The notes below the pieces were generated by a model. That model saw only the letters and a program-made list of their open reading frames with translations. It did no database searches and was not told where the DNA came from. This document shows positions 63,230 through 64,000 of a stretch of DNA of 64,000 nt, piece by piece. The position numbers and the translations under genes were made by a program. Source of the DNA: Negaprion brevirostris (taxonomy: Eukaryota); contig JARDVH010000025.1 in assembly GCA_030324005.1 (NCBI GenBank), positions 118,553,169-118,617,168 on the forward strand, written 5' to 3'. Every line of letters begins with the position of its first letter. The first letter of the stretch is position 1.

Positions 63230-64000
63230 CTCGACAAGACGGACAATTACATAATATGAGACACGTGCCGGTAGGAACGGAACTCCCTGTGGCGAACCTT
63301 GATGACAATATGTCGCCTTGGATGATGGGTACAATTGCAGGGTGTGAAAAATCCCACCGATAGGCTCCTATATTCGAAATGATCGGCGATTGGTTGCAAT
63401 TGCTAAAATAATAATAAAATGTTTTTCGTAACTCAAACTAATTTTATCAGGTCGTCTCGCAGTCTTTCCCACTAACATATGCTAAAAGGGACTTATATTT
63501 AAAAACGGCGCTTTCAATTGCTGACAAACTGAGTTTTTTTTCCGCCATTGCGTCATAAATTAACATCAAACACTTGCGGGATAGTGATACCCTGACCATA
63601 CCCCGAGCCAAATACGAGAACATTCAGTGTCGACCTGTCTGATTACCTTTGGAACAACAGCTTAACGTTTAACTATCCCCGATGCACCTAACTATCACGG
63701 GTATCTTTCCAAACAATCAACACTTTCCGGACAATGTGAATGCTTGATCCCCCATTACTGTTGGAAACGTAATGCAAGCAATACTGATGAGTGCAAGCCG
63801 AACAGTGACAAAAGCCTATCCTTTTTTACCTGTCCATCTGTTTCGTTATAACCAACGCTCTTCATGAATCCAAAAATCTTCCATGCATTTTTCACAATCT
63901 TATTAAATTGTTCTCCTAGTGAGAGTTAAAGTGTACATATTGGCGCCCCCATTTTAAAATGACTGACTTAATTTGTGAAGTTTTTGGACATTCCTCTTCC

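Overview
Eukaryotic, repeat-rich genomic DNA from a cartilaginous fish (shark-type HE1/V-SINEs, abundant CR1 LINEs, Penelope and Rex1/Babar relics, a degenerate ~59-bp satellite; several N gaps). The gene content is a cluster of five class A GPCR loci of the GPR139/GPR142-like type: three apparently intact two-exon genes (B: 6695-6761+12627-13540, +; C: 21189-21120+20417-19498, -; E: 58104-57903+42261-41360, -, with a 42-nt N gap) and two pseudogenes (A: 5433-6280, +; D: ~32887-33737, +). The most interesting signal is that all three intact genes, despite very divergent proteins, share a ~75-bp proximal promoter module: homeodomain TAAT sites, an Olf1/EBF (O/E)-like site and a TATA-like box 21-22 nt downstream. 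This is the architecture known from olfactory receptor promoters. Together with conserved intracellular and hypervariable extracellular segments and birth-and-death turnover, it suggests an expanded chemoreceptor-like family (inference, not shown). Other items: a decayed Ig-superfamily leader/V/TM gene, a Penelope hammerhead-ribozyme motif, a SINE-derived minisatellite, and two fold-back structures. All calls are by eye; no database searches were run.
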